In this document: in pieces, positions 24,598 to 36,962 of the stretch
Layout: every line of letters starts with the position of its first letter
How positions within the stretch are numbered: position 1 is the first letter of the stretch
Assembly (NCBI GenBank): GCA_905178155.1
Contig: CAJINV010000010.1
Location: forward strand, 1,819,182-1,883,181
Length of the DNA stretch: 64,000 nt
Origin: Amoebophrya sp. A120
Lineage: Eukaryota; Protista; Dinoflagellata
Reading direction: 5' to 3'
Notes under the pieces: model-generated
What the model was told of the DNA's origin: nothing
Database searches by the model: none
The model's input: only the letters and a program-made list of their open reading frames with translations
Position numbers and translations under genes: made by a program

Positions 24598-25946
24598 ACG
24601 TAGGTCCTCTCCTCTTCCTGCATACCAGCGTCGGTTCGCTGCTGTTGCGAAGTCAGCAGCTGGTTAACGCCAGCTGCAAGACCAAGGGAGCGCGATAAAT
24701 ACATTTGTTTTTTTTTGAAGCTTGATGATCCACGACCGACTTGTTTCTATATTTCGATCCTGATTTTTTTCATTCTGAACCATGGTTGCGGCAGATCATG
24801 ATTTTTTATTTTGCGACTCATCGTGATGGTGAAACTGAAAATGCTCCACCTCACAAGGATCTTCTTCGTTCGGATCATTCTTTATTTTGACCAGAGAGGA
24901 AGTGGGCTTGTTCAGCTTCACGGAATAAAATTTCGATATATACAATCACAGTTGTCATCATCTGCAGCGGACAAAAGCACTACTGTGCGGCACTGCGTCC
25001 GCCGCAGGCTGCGGCTTCAAACCGCCAGCAAGAATGATGTAGTCTTTTTACTTATGCGATCACTCATGATGTTCATTTTGTTCCACATGGTGCCGATGCA
25101 TCTTCTCGAAAAAGAGCTCCAGGTTTTTTTTGCCCCGTTTGTAGTGGGAGAAGATGACAAATTATGAAGCCGAGAGTTCTTGCAGCACATGTTAGATCCT
25201 GCGACAGGGATACACGACACCATATTTTTTCTACCAGCACAACTCGTACGATTATATGTGTGTCTATTCTGGTAAGCAGATCGTGCTGGCATGTGGCTCT
25301 CTACTTGTGGTAAGTTGATGTACTAGCGAAAATTCATACTCATAGCAGCGGGCTGAAATAAATAAATGGGTGTCTTATCATCACGTGTTGCGGGGGCTAC
25401 GGCGGGAACAAGAACAACTTGATAGGTTGTTACTACGAAAAAAGAATGCTAGTACAGTTCCGGGAAGGTTGCCTATCAGTCTGAATCTTCATACATCTTC
25501 ATCGATATCAATCATATCGACTCGCGACCACGAATGGACCAAAACATATCCTCGAGGGCAGGGTCAAGGATGAAAATGGTATATTAGTTGTAGCTTGCTA
25601 GTTGTAGCAGCTAGCATCGGTGGGTAGTTAGATGGAAGCTAGAAGTAGGTGGGAGGATGAAGAGATCGCTCGCCAAAGGGTCAATTTCAGAATAAAACCG
25701 GGAATATGTGCCGCTGGTGGCGCTACTCGCAGGAGTCCACAAAACATCAAAAGGATTGTACAAAGCAGCAAAACAAAGGACCACCTCCAAGCAGCGCGCA
25801 CTACCATAGATAGGGAGTACCGTTCTCTAACAGCATTTCCATCCAAAATTTTCTATCTCCGCACATTATTGTACAGCGCCTGCTGCTGCTGCACTTGCGG
25901 TGGAACTCCAGCTCCAGCACCCTGCTCCGGTCCGCCCCCCTGTGAT

Positions 25947-28900
25947 TCATTCCTGCGGCGGCGGCCCGGGTTTCTCCGGTTCCGGTGGCGCTTCCGGTTC
26001 CCCGACCTCAGGTGTATGAACTGCAAAAGTATCGCACTCGTATAAATGCATTACAAACTTCCCCAGCATGAGAAAGAAAATTTGTCATGCGGATTTACCT
26101 TAGAAAAAAACTTTGTAATGCAAGACTTGCATTTATACGAGTACGATACTTTTGCACAGGATAAGGTGGTGGCGGCGGCAAATCTTGGGTCCAGTTGTCC
26201 GCAGCCCCTTTGGGGACGGAGGGCTTTTTGTACCCACCGGCGTTGTATCAACTGCAAAAGTGTCTGGGTCTGGAAGATTGCAACTCGTCATGCTAAATCT
26301 GAAGCATGCAAAAATCTGTGTTGCATGATTACCAAACGTCGCCCAGTTTTGACCAAGTCGGGAGGGAGTTTCTCATGCAGGATAGGCATGAGAGAGATCG
26401 CGCAGAATCTGTCATGCTAGGTCCTGCATTCCAGACCTCCTGGGTCATGGAAAAGCTGCATGACAAAGCGCGCATTCTTCCAGACCCAGACATTTACATT
26501 TGATACGTTGAAGGAGATCTGCTTCACGTTCGTTTCCGGCATGTTGCTCCCCGCGACAAAGTATGGATTGCAAAACAAGTATCGCACTCGTATAAACGCA
26601 TTACTCAGCATGAGACTTGAAATTTGTAATGCGGATTTACCTTTAAGAAAAAAATTTGTATTGCATGATTGCCATTACTACGAGTACGATATTTTTGCAG
26701 TGCATACAAAGACCGGCTCGAAATTTTGCCACTGGGGGTTGTGCTTCTCCAGCAACAATTCCTCGTCCAATCCAGCTCCATTTTTATTCTGTGCCTCGAA
26801 CGAGTTGCTCCCGTACAATTTCCGCTTTTGTAAAACCCGTTTCCGCTGTCTTTCCGCCGCGATGCGCGCACCGTGGCTCGCCTGGCACATATCGTACGAA
26901 AAAAGTGTTACAGTTACACCTTTGTAGTGGATTCTGCAACACAAACTTGCTCTGCACTGCAGAGAAAACTTGCAATGCAGAGATCCTGAAGGAAAACACG
27001 CACAAAACGAGGCTCGCATGCCTCTCCAGCATGAGAGAGGCTGTCTGTCTTGCTTGGTCTGCAACACAATGTGTAACTGTAGCACTTTTTTCCTTGCATA
27101 ACACATCGCTTGGAACACGTTACCCGGGATCACATGCTTCGCGGTTTGTCGTATTGCGAGGGAAAATCCCCCCTCCCCAACATATTGCAAAGGACATTTG
27201 TGATGCTGGATTTGCGTACACAAATCGACTTGTATTGCTAGAAGGCCGAAAGACGCACTCGTGGCCTGAATTGCAGGCGATTTGTCATGCTGTTTACCGA
27301 CTTCCAGTTGCCTCCTGTCATGCTGAAGACGCAAGGCTGTCCCGCGCCAGCCAGCACAACAGTCGTCCGCACCTTTTGCTTTCTAGCATGACAACATGAT
27401 TTGCAGTAGCAAATCATGCTACACAAATGCCCGTTTTAGTGTGGGGAGGGGGAATTTTTCACTTCGATATGTCTATCCCCGTTTGTCATATCATCGTCTA
27501 GCTCGTAGAGAAACGCCACGTTCGCCAATGCTTTCTGGTTTGCCAACTTCCCACTTGCCGGGACGACGAATTTCACGAAACCCGCGGCGGAATAGCGGTA
27601 CAAAACCCCCCGTCGGCTGGTTTTTCCCTTGCCCGGCGCTAGGTTCAAGGCCTGCTCGATCTGCTGATAGGTCCGGTCGACGATTTTCGGGTCACAAATA
27701 ATTCCGTACACCTCCATGATATCTTTTTCGATGATATCACAGGAAAAAGCGTCAACGCTAACGGGATTTGTGATGCAGGACCGCATCAAAAAAGGTGCCT
27801 CCTAAATTTGTATTGCATAGCATGCGTTACAGGAAACATTTGTCATGCATAGCTGCAAACTCTGGAAACCGTTAAGGTTAACACTTTTTTGTTTGATAGA
27901 TGATCTTCCTGATCCCACGGGCGTGCGTGCGAAATTTCCCGCACATCTTGAACCAGCGGTAGCAGCCCGGGGCGCGGGTGATGGCGATCAGCTGGGAGAA
28001 AATTTCGGTCAGCACTGGTTTCAGGTTTCCCTGCTGCTTCTGCAGTTGAAACGAGGGATTTTGCTTCATCACGGTCATCATGGCACGGAGGGTGGATAAA
28101 TGCACCAAATTCGCTTCAGCCGACTTGTCATCCGTCGAGTCGATGCAGACAAACATTTCCTGCACGAAATTCGACACCAAGGCTTCGATCAGAACCGGTT
28201 GTAGATCCGGTTTGTCCTTCAGTAATTGCAACGCAATCTCCGGGTGGAGAGCCTTCGCGACCCCATACTGCATGGACATTTTGTCCCACCCTCCGTTTCG
28301 CTGCACTTCCTTCTCGACGTGCTTGTGCTCGAATTGCCCCAATTGCACGCAGTTGCTATCCGGCACCATGTGGAAGACCTTCGCCCGTTGCAATTTGTCG
28401 CAAAAAGCGGGTTTTTTCATGGAAAAGACCCGCAGCTCCCCGGTAAACCACTGGGACCCGCAGCCGCCCTGCTTCACCTTCGTCAACAACGGCTGGTGGT
28501 TGGACGGGTCGTGGCGCAGCTGCTTCAACTCGGACCGGTGCGCTGTCGGTAGGGCGTCGACGGCAACGATGGTGTAGGTGAGATTCGAGAAGTGGTTGTA
28601 GAGGTAATCTTCCAACTTCTTCGCCTCTTCCAAAAGAAACGACGACCGCTCGTGGTAGCTGGGCTGCTTGTTCGCGGCACAGCAGGACTGGGAAATCTCA
28701 ATTTCGATCGCTTCATATTCCTGCATCGGATCTAAGTGTTCCTCGTTCCAATAAGGCGCGTATGGATTGCAAATATGTCTGGGTCTGTAATGCTAAAAGT
28801 GAATCATAGACGCACTGCAATACGCAGCTATGCATGACAAATAATTTGGCTGCCATGTGGTCTTACGTATTCCGCATGGCAAACTACGTTTTTGCATGAC

Positions 28901-31900
28901 AGGCAAGAGGACTTTTTCGTGCCTATGCAGCACAGATTCTCGTCGAGCCATGCCAGACAAGCATGACAAACTTGCACTCTCCCAGACCCAGACATTTTTG
29001 CATTTGATAGAGCACTCAGCATGTTGATTTGGGAGGCGGTTTGATCTGAGGTCTTGTTGTTCAAACTGGAGACGAACCGCATCTGGCTGCCGCGAGCCTC
29101 AATCACAGATGAGTTATGTGTTCCATACATTGTCACTGCAGTTGCAAAATTTCCCGTGGTCGCACCGTAATTGATATTTGGGTTGTTGTTAACATTTGGC
29201 GCTCGCGCTCCTCCTACGTGGTCAAGCATCACCAAATACACTCCTTCAATCGGCGCCATTCTGTCTTCGCCACTGCTTTGACCCGAAACGTTGCCCTGCA
29301 CACGCAAAAACCGCTGCACAACACCCGTCTTCTGCTGCCCACCGCCGACATTCACAAGCACTTTATCCCCTCGGCGGAACACGTTTTTGCGTTCCTTCTG
29401 GTAGTGCTTTATCGAGCTGTAGGACTTCGTCCTGACCGCGTTTTCCAAGTTCCCGAAGGTGGAAGACACGTTGTGTCTCAACGCCGTCAGCGACGGGCGG
29501 TCCTGGAACGGCTGACTGCTCTTTTTGTCGGACACGATCAAATAACTAGGCCCTCCTGCAGGTCTACTACTGGAGAGATCTACGCTGGAGGGTAACGTGG
29601 CGCCAGTACCTCGCGAGGACGCTACTGCTCCTGCTCCACTGCCCGGTTGGTAGCACCGCACAGCGGACCCCTGTACCGCAAGGTCGGAGGGTGCGGCGAA
29701 CTTATTCCGGTCGATCTCGAATTCCCGGTCCAAAACGACGATGAGCGACCCGGGGAGGAAGTCCCCAACCGTCGGCTCTTTCTTGAACAAAGGGTTAGTT
29801 GCGTCGCCGACGTTGTTGTTCAGGTTGCTATCTACTTCCATGCCCTCGACCCCGGTGTTGAAATCCTTGATCCTATCCGCTGGGGAAAAGGACCCGTAGC
29901 GGGAAACCGAGTAAACGCTCGTCACCAAACCGAATTCCACGGCGAGGAGCTTCATCCACAGATCGAATTCGTATTGGGTGGTGGAACTGGAAGTTACCAG
30001 AATTGCCTGCGTGTACTTGGTCGGGAGAAAGGTCGGCTCGTATAACAGTGCACAACTCCCCCTCCTCCTCATTTGCATGGCATGAACAGCAATACAAAGG
30101 CCTGCACACTTGGAGCCTATGCATGAGAAATTTATGTCACGTGGTGTAGTACTGTTTGGGCTTCCGGAGTTTGTCATGCAAACCGTGCCACAGGGAAGCA
30201 CTCGGATTTGGGGTTTTGCATGACAAACGAGGGGGAGGGGGAGTTGATGTGCCCTTTCATAGCTCGCACCGCAAGTTCATCATCCTCTTCTGAATCAGCC
30301 GCCACGACTTCTGGTACAAATCTTCCAAATAGATATGCGCCCGCAGCTCCCCATACGCGTACGCGGGGACGGATTTCGAAAGCTTGATTTTCAACTTCAG
30401 CGTCGACAGCGACTGGTTCGGCTGGATCATGGGGACCACGAAGAAAACCCCGTCACTGATACCGTCATTCAACGGCGCCATCTCCGGTGCGTTGCAGTGC
30501 TGGTATAAAACGTTCTGCGCTGATGTGATGTTCTTTTCGTTCGACAGGTCGAGTAACACTTCTCCCTTCTCCGCATCGTAGAAAACGACCTGATTTGGGA
30601 ACTCCTGGTCGGGTTTGTCCTGTGGGAAAATGGTGTCGGTCTTGTTGTTATGCATTGCAAAAGTATCGTACTAGTATGAATTGCAATACAAATTTCCTCA
30701 GCATGAGAAATGAAATTTGTAATGCGGATTTAACTTGAGAAAGAAATTTGTAATGCATGAATGGGATTACTACGAGGACGATATTTTTGCACAGGATAGT
30801 TGTCTTTCGCCGTTTGGTCCGTTTCCTTTTCGTTGTTCAGACTGTGATTCGCTAACTTGTGGCCGAGAAAGCTAAAGCCGATATTTCCGTTGTGGATCGT
30901 CGTGTTTTTCGCCAAAAACACCTTCACGCCGATCTGCCGCCCGCCTAAGGCGAAGCCCATCGGGAGAGAGGAGATGTTTTTCAACGGGAATTGAATCACG
31001 GTCGACTCCCCCGCGGCCAGGCTGTTCAAACCAAGAAACCCGTTTGCGTTCTGCAGGGGGAACTGGACTGTCATGAGCTGGATGGAAGATTCTTGAAACT
31101 GGTCGAAGTTCTTCTGGTACTTCGTACTCTGGCTGTGATAGTTATCCGTTTCGATGCCCAACTGCCTCCCTTGTAATTTCACCTCTTCCTGAACTATCGC
31201 CGGGTCGAAGTCCGAATTATCCAGTTTGTCCATTTCTATCATTCCGATTTGGTACCGCAGTTCGCCGTCCACGGACACGGCGGTGTTGCTGTCAATCGCC
31301 ATACCCCGCACGGTGAAAACCGCATCCTGGACGGATTGCTCGTTCGCCCCGGCGAGAACCCACTTCCCGGGGATCAACTGCATCATCTGCCGCTGCATGC
31401 TCGGGGTCGGCATTCCCCCGACATTTTTCACCGAGATGTTGTCGACGAAACAGCACTATGGATTGCAAATATGTCTGGGTCTGGAAGATGCCATGCTGTT
31501 TTTGCATGACACAGAAGGTCTGGCATGGTATCCCTAGCTGCATCACAGATTCTATTAAGAAGGTCCTGCAATGCATAGTCCGCATGACAAATCCCGCACT
31601 TTGGTGACAAGAAGTGGGCATGATCTTTTGCTGCCTATGCATGAGAGATTTTTCTTTGTTCTGAAATGCGCATCACAAGTTCGGATCCTTCCAGACCCAG
31701 TAGACATTTTTGCAATCCATAAGCACTGGCCAAACTCGAACACGTTGTCCGGTAAAGTTTGCTATCCTGTGCAAAAGTACTCGCATTGCAATGATGCATT
31801 ACAAATTTTTTTCTTCAGGTAAATCCGCATTACAAATTTTACTTCTCATGCTGAGAAAATTTGTAATGCATTTATACGAGTGCGATACTTTTGCAATGCA

Positions 31901-33668
31901 TATTTGTCCGGATTTGTCGTTGTAATGCCCGTATTCCTTGATTTGAAAGTCGTTCGCCTCCAGGTGGAACCTGCTGTCAAAGACCATTTTCTGCCCGTTC
32001 ACCGCGGATTCGATAATCAATTCATATTTCCCTTGCCCCCCGTTCGGGCCGAAGGCCAGCGGGACGCACGGGGTCAACCCCCGACGGCCGCGAATGCCGG
32101 GAAACCCGCCCGGGTTGCTGTATCACAGGAAAAAGTGTCAACGTTAACGAAATTTGTGATGCAGCAACGCATCAAAAAGCGTATCAGAATTTGTAATGTA
32201 TAACATGCATATTGGGCAACATTTGTGATGCATGACTGCCATCTGTGAAAATCGCTAACGTTAACGCATTTTCTTGTGATATGCTGTGGTGGTCGGTCAC
32301 CGTGCGGGTTTGGCGGTTGCCGTTGGAATCCGTGTATGCATTGCAAATGTGTGTGGGTCTGGAAACTTGTGATGCAAGGAAGGGAATTATAGTGAGCTCC
32401 CTGCAATGCGCTGCCAAGCATGACAAGTTTTGATCATGGTCCTGAGTTGCGTACTCCGCATAAGAAACTACGTTTCTGCATGACAGGAAGGCGGAGCTCT
32501 TTGCGGCCACGCAATACAGAGCTCAGAGGCATGCCCGATTAGCATGACAAATCTCGCAGTCTCCCAGACCCAGACATATTTGCATTTGATACCGTGTAGC
32601 CCTCGGTGCGGGAAGAGGTCCAGTGGTAGGAACTACCACCCATTCCGCCCATGCCGCCGGGACCTGGAGTATAAATGTGTGCATCGATACTGCATTTGCG
32701 GTGTCAAGTTCGTGTTCATCTTTTGCGTCACGCTAACAACCAAATTGTTGGAGCGCGGCACAGCACTTCTTGATTCCTTTTTTGTCATGCTCATGCGGTC
32801 TGTGTTTGGGCTTGGGGAGCACGGCATTCTATTTCTGGTTCTACTGTTCTACTGTCATGCTCATAGAAATTGAAATAAACCTCAAGCGCAAGAACGCTGA
32901 TCAACACGTTTTACCTCCCGGCCCATGGAACCCGGGCTGTCCGCCCGGCCCGCCGACTACCAACACACTTGGGTCCCGCGCACGGTCCACAGACATCATC
33001 AAATACGCATCCTGCTCGTGCACCTTGATCTGCACAATCCCGCCAGATCCCCCGGGAGCACCGTGGGACCCGAAACCCCCGTCCCCGCCGTCTCCCCCAT
33101 CGCCACCGTTGGTTCCGGTTGTGTAGCGGGTGGCGTTCCGTCCCCACGCGCCGTCGCCACCGGGACCGCCCGGACCGCCGGCACTGTGATGTTTATTTGG
33201 TAGTTCTTGGGAAATCATATGAAGAAGAAAGGTGGCGATTCTGATTCATCGTGTAGTCTAAGTATACAGTAACTTCTTCTAGAAGATCTTTGCGAAATGA
33301 ACAAGTCCAGACTTTCTCTCTTGCTTCAAAAATTACCCTCCGTGCCCCCCGGGTCCGCCGATCGCCTGGCACTCAATTTTCTGCAACTGCTCCACGGAAA
33401 TCGTCTCGTCCACATTCCCGGCCTGCGAGGCCGCCTGCACCCGCACCACCTGCTCCTCCGAGCCCTGCGCAGTGACTCCGGAAGAAAGCCACACGGCGAC
33501 GCCGCCGGCCGGTTGCCCCTGGACCGCGGGGCCGGCGTCGCCACCACGGTGGCCGCGGTGGCCGTGCTTCATGAAGCCCAGCGGCATCCCTGGGTAGCCG
33601 GGGGCGCCGGGGAGCCCGGGAAGGGCGTCCGGGCCCTTCGCACCGTTGGACGCGAAAGTGAAGGACAT
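25947..33668 (-). CDS. Large uncharacterised protein with Gly-rich N-terminus (..NATRYTTGTNGGDGGDGG.., VKNVGGMPTP) and Pro-rich C-terminus; 13 introner + 2 GT-AG introns
   Basis: Exon ORFs flank each element; the junctions I translated are in frame; GT-AG introns at 33184-33336 and 32664-32914; TGA at 25947. Confidence 0.8.
26015..26163. mobile_element. Introner family B
   Basis: Perfect TSD AGGTG; empty site at ~19231. Confidence 0.95.
26246..26505. mobile_element. Introner family A
   Basis: Perfect TSD CGTTG; empty site at ~19308. Confidence 0.95.
26562..26706. mobile_element. Introner family B
   Basis: Perfect TSD CAAAG. Confidence 0.92.
26890..27100. mobile_element. Introner (singleton family)
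   Basis: TIR TAT..GAAAAAAGTGYTACAGTTACAC; TSD GCACA/ACACA. Confidence 0.88.
27152..27469. mobile_element. Introner family E (diverged)
   Basis: AAAATCCCCCTCCCC subterminal IR; TSD TGTCG/TGTCT. Confidence 0.88.
27735..27898. mobile_element. Introner family G
   Basis: TATCACAGGAAAAAG end; perfect TSD GATGA. Confidence 0.88.
28761..29009. mobile_element. Introner family A
   Basis: Family A TIR; TSD GCGCG/GAGCA. Confidence 0.88.
30041..30261. mobile_element. Introner family C
   Basis: Perfect TSD GCTCG. Confidence 0.92.
30649..30798. mobile_element. Introner family B
   Basis: Perfect TSD GTTGT. Confidence 0.92.
31457..31721. mobile_element. Introner family A
   Basis: TIR TATGGATTGCAAA; perfect TSD AGCAC. 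Confidence 0.92.
31763..31902. mobile_element. Introner family B
   Basis: TSD TTTGC/TTTGT. Confidence 0.9.
32121..32281. mobile_element. Introner family G
   Basis: TIR TATCACARGAAAA; perfect TSD TGCTG. Confidence 0.92.
32335..32591. mobile_element. Introner family A
   Basis: Perfect TSD CCGTG. Confidence 0.92.
32664..32914 (-). other. Canonical GT-AG intron
   Basis: G|GTAAAA...TCCAG|GT; frame preserved. Confidence 0.75.
33184..33336 (-). other. Canonical GT-AG intron
   Basis: GG|GTAATT...CACAG|T; frame preserved. Confidence 0.75.
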
Positions 33669-36600
33669 TTTATTCAACACTATAGGGATAAATCAAAGGC
33701 CTTTATTTGGAGGCTTGACTGCTCGCCGTAGTACCAACTTGGTTACTTATCGTAGGGTGGATTTTCTCGTTGTTAATGTTAAACACGGCGTGGCAGGTGG
33801 AGCCTGTTGATGATCCGGGAATATTCTATTGCCGAAGCTTATTCTACACTCTACAGACTCGCTTCTGCGAAAAAGGTTCTTGTAGAAATCATCAATCGTA
33901 GATATAGGTTTCAGAGAAGAAATAGAAGATCGTCGCCAAAGAAATCGCATCAAAAACGGCACTCAAAATAGCATACCAAATGTTGCCTGAATTTAAAATT
34001 TCAGAAGATAATTTTCAAGACATGTTAGTGCTTAGTTGTTGCACAGAATGTCGTTACTGATGTCCTCGTGCGTGTAGAAGTTAGAGTTACTGGCTCCGCT
34101 ACGAGTCCTCGTCTCTACAACTTTCTAGTGCGGTGTGCATGTACTACAAGTATCACGAAACATCTTGTTCTAATGTGCGGTGAGCAAGATCTTCATCTTT
34201 GTGGCTTGTGCTGGTTCTTCTTCTTGACCGTAGACTTTTGAGCGACATTTTGGACATGGGATCCTCTGCGCTGCCTCAGTGGCGTTGGAGCGCGAGACAA
34301 CAAGCCTTCAAGTTCAAGTATTAAAGCGATCCTCGCATTTATTGATACCGACAAGCAACCGACATCAAACTTGTTGATGGATCTTCCGCATGTACAGATG
34401 AACCGAAGCTGGTGAAGATCGTGATACTGAGGCCGATGTGAGTACTATCCTCGTCGAGCCCGCCGAGGACCTTTGATTCTGAGAGAATGTTGTGGTCTTG
34501 TTCTGGCGATGAACCGATCTTGCTGATATTCTCCTACAATCTTACGGGTTTCAAAACGAGACCGAGTTGTGCTGGGCACAAGCTAGTAGTAGGTGACCGA
34601 GCGGTGAGGACGTCCACTTCACAAGTAGATCACTCTGTTGTGGATTCATCTTCGATGAGATTATTTGTTCCGGCGGTAGAAACAGACAACAAACACGACA
34701 GGGTCGTAAGCGTCAGCTTACACAACATTTTAGTGCGGTTACGTAGAATGTTGACCTTTATTTCTACTTATTCAGGTTGTGATTCTTGTTTCAAGAATAA
34801 ACTCATCGTCTGTGGTGCAAGAAGATAGGGTAGTGCATCGTATGTTTGTTGTCATCAGATCAGTCCATCGGGCTTACAACAATTGCCAGTCTCACTCTGG
34901 CGGGTTGGAGGACAACAGTCAGTCTGAGCCCTTCGCGAGGTTGAGGGTGAGTTTGGACAGGGGAGGGAATTTAATAAGCCTAGTGTAGATATTGAGATTT
35001 GTTCAGTGATGTCAAAGTAGGTGGAGTTGAGTTTATAAAGCTGTACGTCGGAGGACGAGCGGGAGTGTTTCTCCTTGGGTAATAAATACTAGCACCATTG
35101 GGAGTTGTGCAGATCATCTGTGTAGTAGGATTGTTTGGTTTTGGTTTTGGAAAGTTTTTGTGACAGTAATACTTCTGATTCTGGAGAGGTGTCGTGTGGT
35201 ATAGGTCGGCATGACTGGCGTCGGGAGAAATGAGTCGAGGTCAGCGGATCAAACTTGAAGGGCTACGTGGAGGTTTTGATGTTTGTATTACTGTTGAAGC
35301 TACTTCTGAAGAAACTACATCGAAACAAGTTAGTCTGGTGTCACTACGAGCAAAAGTGGATAATGCACCTACTTGAAGCTGCTAGGAAAATTAAGATGTC
35401 GCTACTAGAGAAAACTATTACTACACTACTTGCTCAGCAAGCCAGGCAAATGATTTGTGGTAGGCAAACAAAAAGAACAATGAGATGAATAAGACAACCA
35501 GCTGAATATTATTCTATTCGGATGTCTGCAGCCCGAACTCCTCTCACGGAGAACTACAGCCACGACAGCCATTTGAAAAATAGAGCGGCAATACTTATCA
35601 CTACTTGTTACAGTGCCAGGTGCCACCTTTCTTGGTTATCATACCACAAACGACCACCTTGGGAAAATTCTTTACGAAAGCGATGAATCACAAAAGCACA
35701 TAACTCTTTCTACTCTACAGAGGACATCATGATGTGCGTTTGGATTCAGGAAAATGTAGCACTTCCGTTGCTTGCCCCACAATTATGTTGATTGACGCAG
35801 CCTGAGCCTCTTCAAAGAAGGTCACAACTACATCGAGCGTAAGTATCTATGACTCCTTCTGCAGCCTTACATTGATGTTGATGAAAGCTTCTTCTGCTTT
35901 TCCAATTTTTTGCTTTATCAGAACTTCAGCGGAAAAAGACTTTACTGGACTAAAGATCGCAAGAAAAAAAACGAGACTATAGAGTTGTTGAAATGAAGAC
36001 AAACATCTTCGCGAGGTTATAATTTGTAGCAGTTTCACTTTCATGCGTCAGCATGGAAAAGTTGGCTGTGTTGAATATCGGCTCAAAGACTCAAAAAACC
36101 TCATCGCCTTTGCGATTCGGAAAATTTGTCAAAGGGCTCTAGTGCAGCCAGAGGCCGATCGAAATTAGATTATCGGCGTGCGTTGCAGCGAATTTAATAA
36201 CCTTCTGTACATGCAAAAATGCCCTGTTGTTCTTGTACTAGCTATGCATAAATCACGACTATTTGTACCCCCGCCGGTAGCTGTCGCAATATAGGATGAA
36301 GGATAGCAATGGATGTCCGTGTTGTGTATCAATTATATCGTGCTGCTTTTCGATCAAATGTACGCTGGTAAACGCCACAACCAGACTCGTGCTGATTATT
36401 ACCGTAGCACGTCTCCAAACTTCACTCTACAAAGACCTGCATATTAGAAACTTCTTCATGCGAGTCAACAACAACATCTCCTCGAGCTATGTAAAAACAA
36501 AAGCTTTATTACCTCCACTGCTGCTACCTGTGTACGTGACCAACATTCATCTTACGTGTGGAAACATGATATACGTGGTTTTTTGTCTCGAATTAGAAAG

Positions 36601-36962
36601 TACTCGTACTTAGCTTGTTTAAAATTAAAGGTGCATTTCAACATTATCATGTGTTCCTTTTCAGAAGTTCTCTGTAGTTTAGAAATTCGCTTTCGAAAGT
36701 AGTTGACCTCTTATTTCGATTTCCCCTAATATATACCGTGTCATCTTTCGGATTGAATATTCCATTTAGTCAAGGTTATCAAGAAATCACCCACACGAGA
36801 ACAGAGGTGCTCCTGTCGTAATCGCGCAGATAGAAGCCAACGGAGTGATGCTCCTGGGCCCGCACGACTACAGACGCAAGAAATGCCTCTTGGACCACAA
36901 CTCCACCGCCGGTGGATGAGTGATGTTGACTAAATTCATAATCGACGAACAGAACTGGTCAC

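Larger units (their letters stand above)
23911..24672 (-). pseudogene. Duplicated fragment of the HAD-like gene (paralogous to ~15445-15855) with a different introner complement
   Basis: Near-identical exon sequence; no start or flanking exons. Confidence 0.8.
21730..24883. repeat. 50-bp junction repeat, 4 copies (21730-21779, 22844-22875 partial, 23681-23730, 24834-24883)
   Basis: ACTGAAAATGCTCCACCTCACAAGGATCTTCTTCGTTCGGATCATTCTTT; copies 1 and 4 also share upstream sequence. Confidence 0.9.

Noticed and set aside
26015-32591. CRISPR-like repeat/spacer alternation
   Set aside because: The repeats are inverted pairs from several families, spacing is irregular, the spacers are exons, and there are no cas genes.
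32901-33680. Collagen
   Set aside because: The Gly-X-Y runs are short and interrupted; the region is better described as Gly-rich.
34100-35250. Possible decayed LINE endonuclease or other coding relic on the minus strand
   Set aside because: Many stops and no motif I can identify with confidence.
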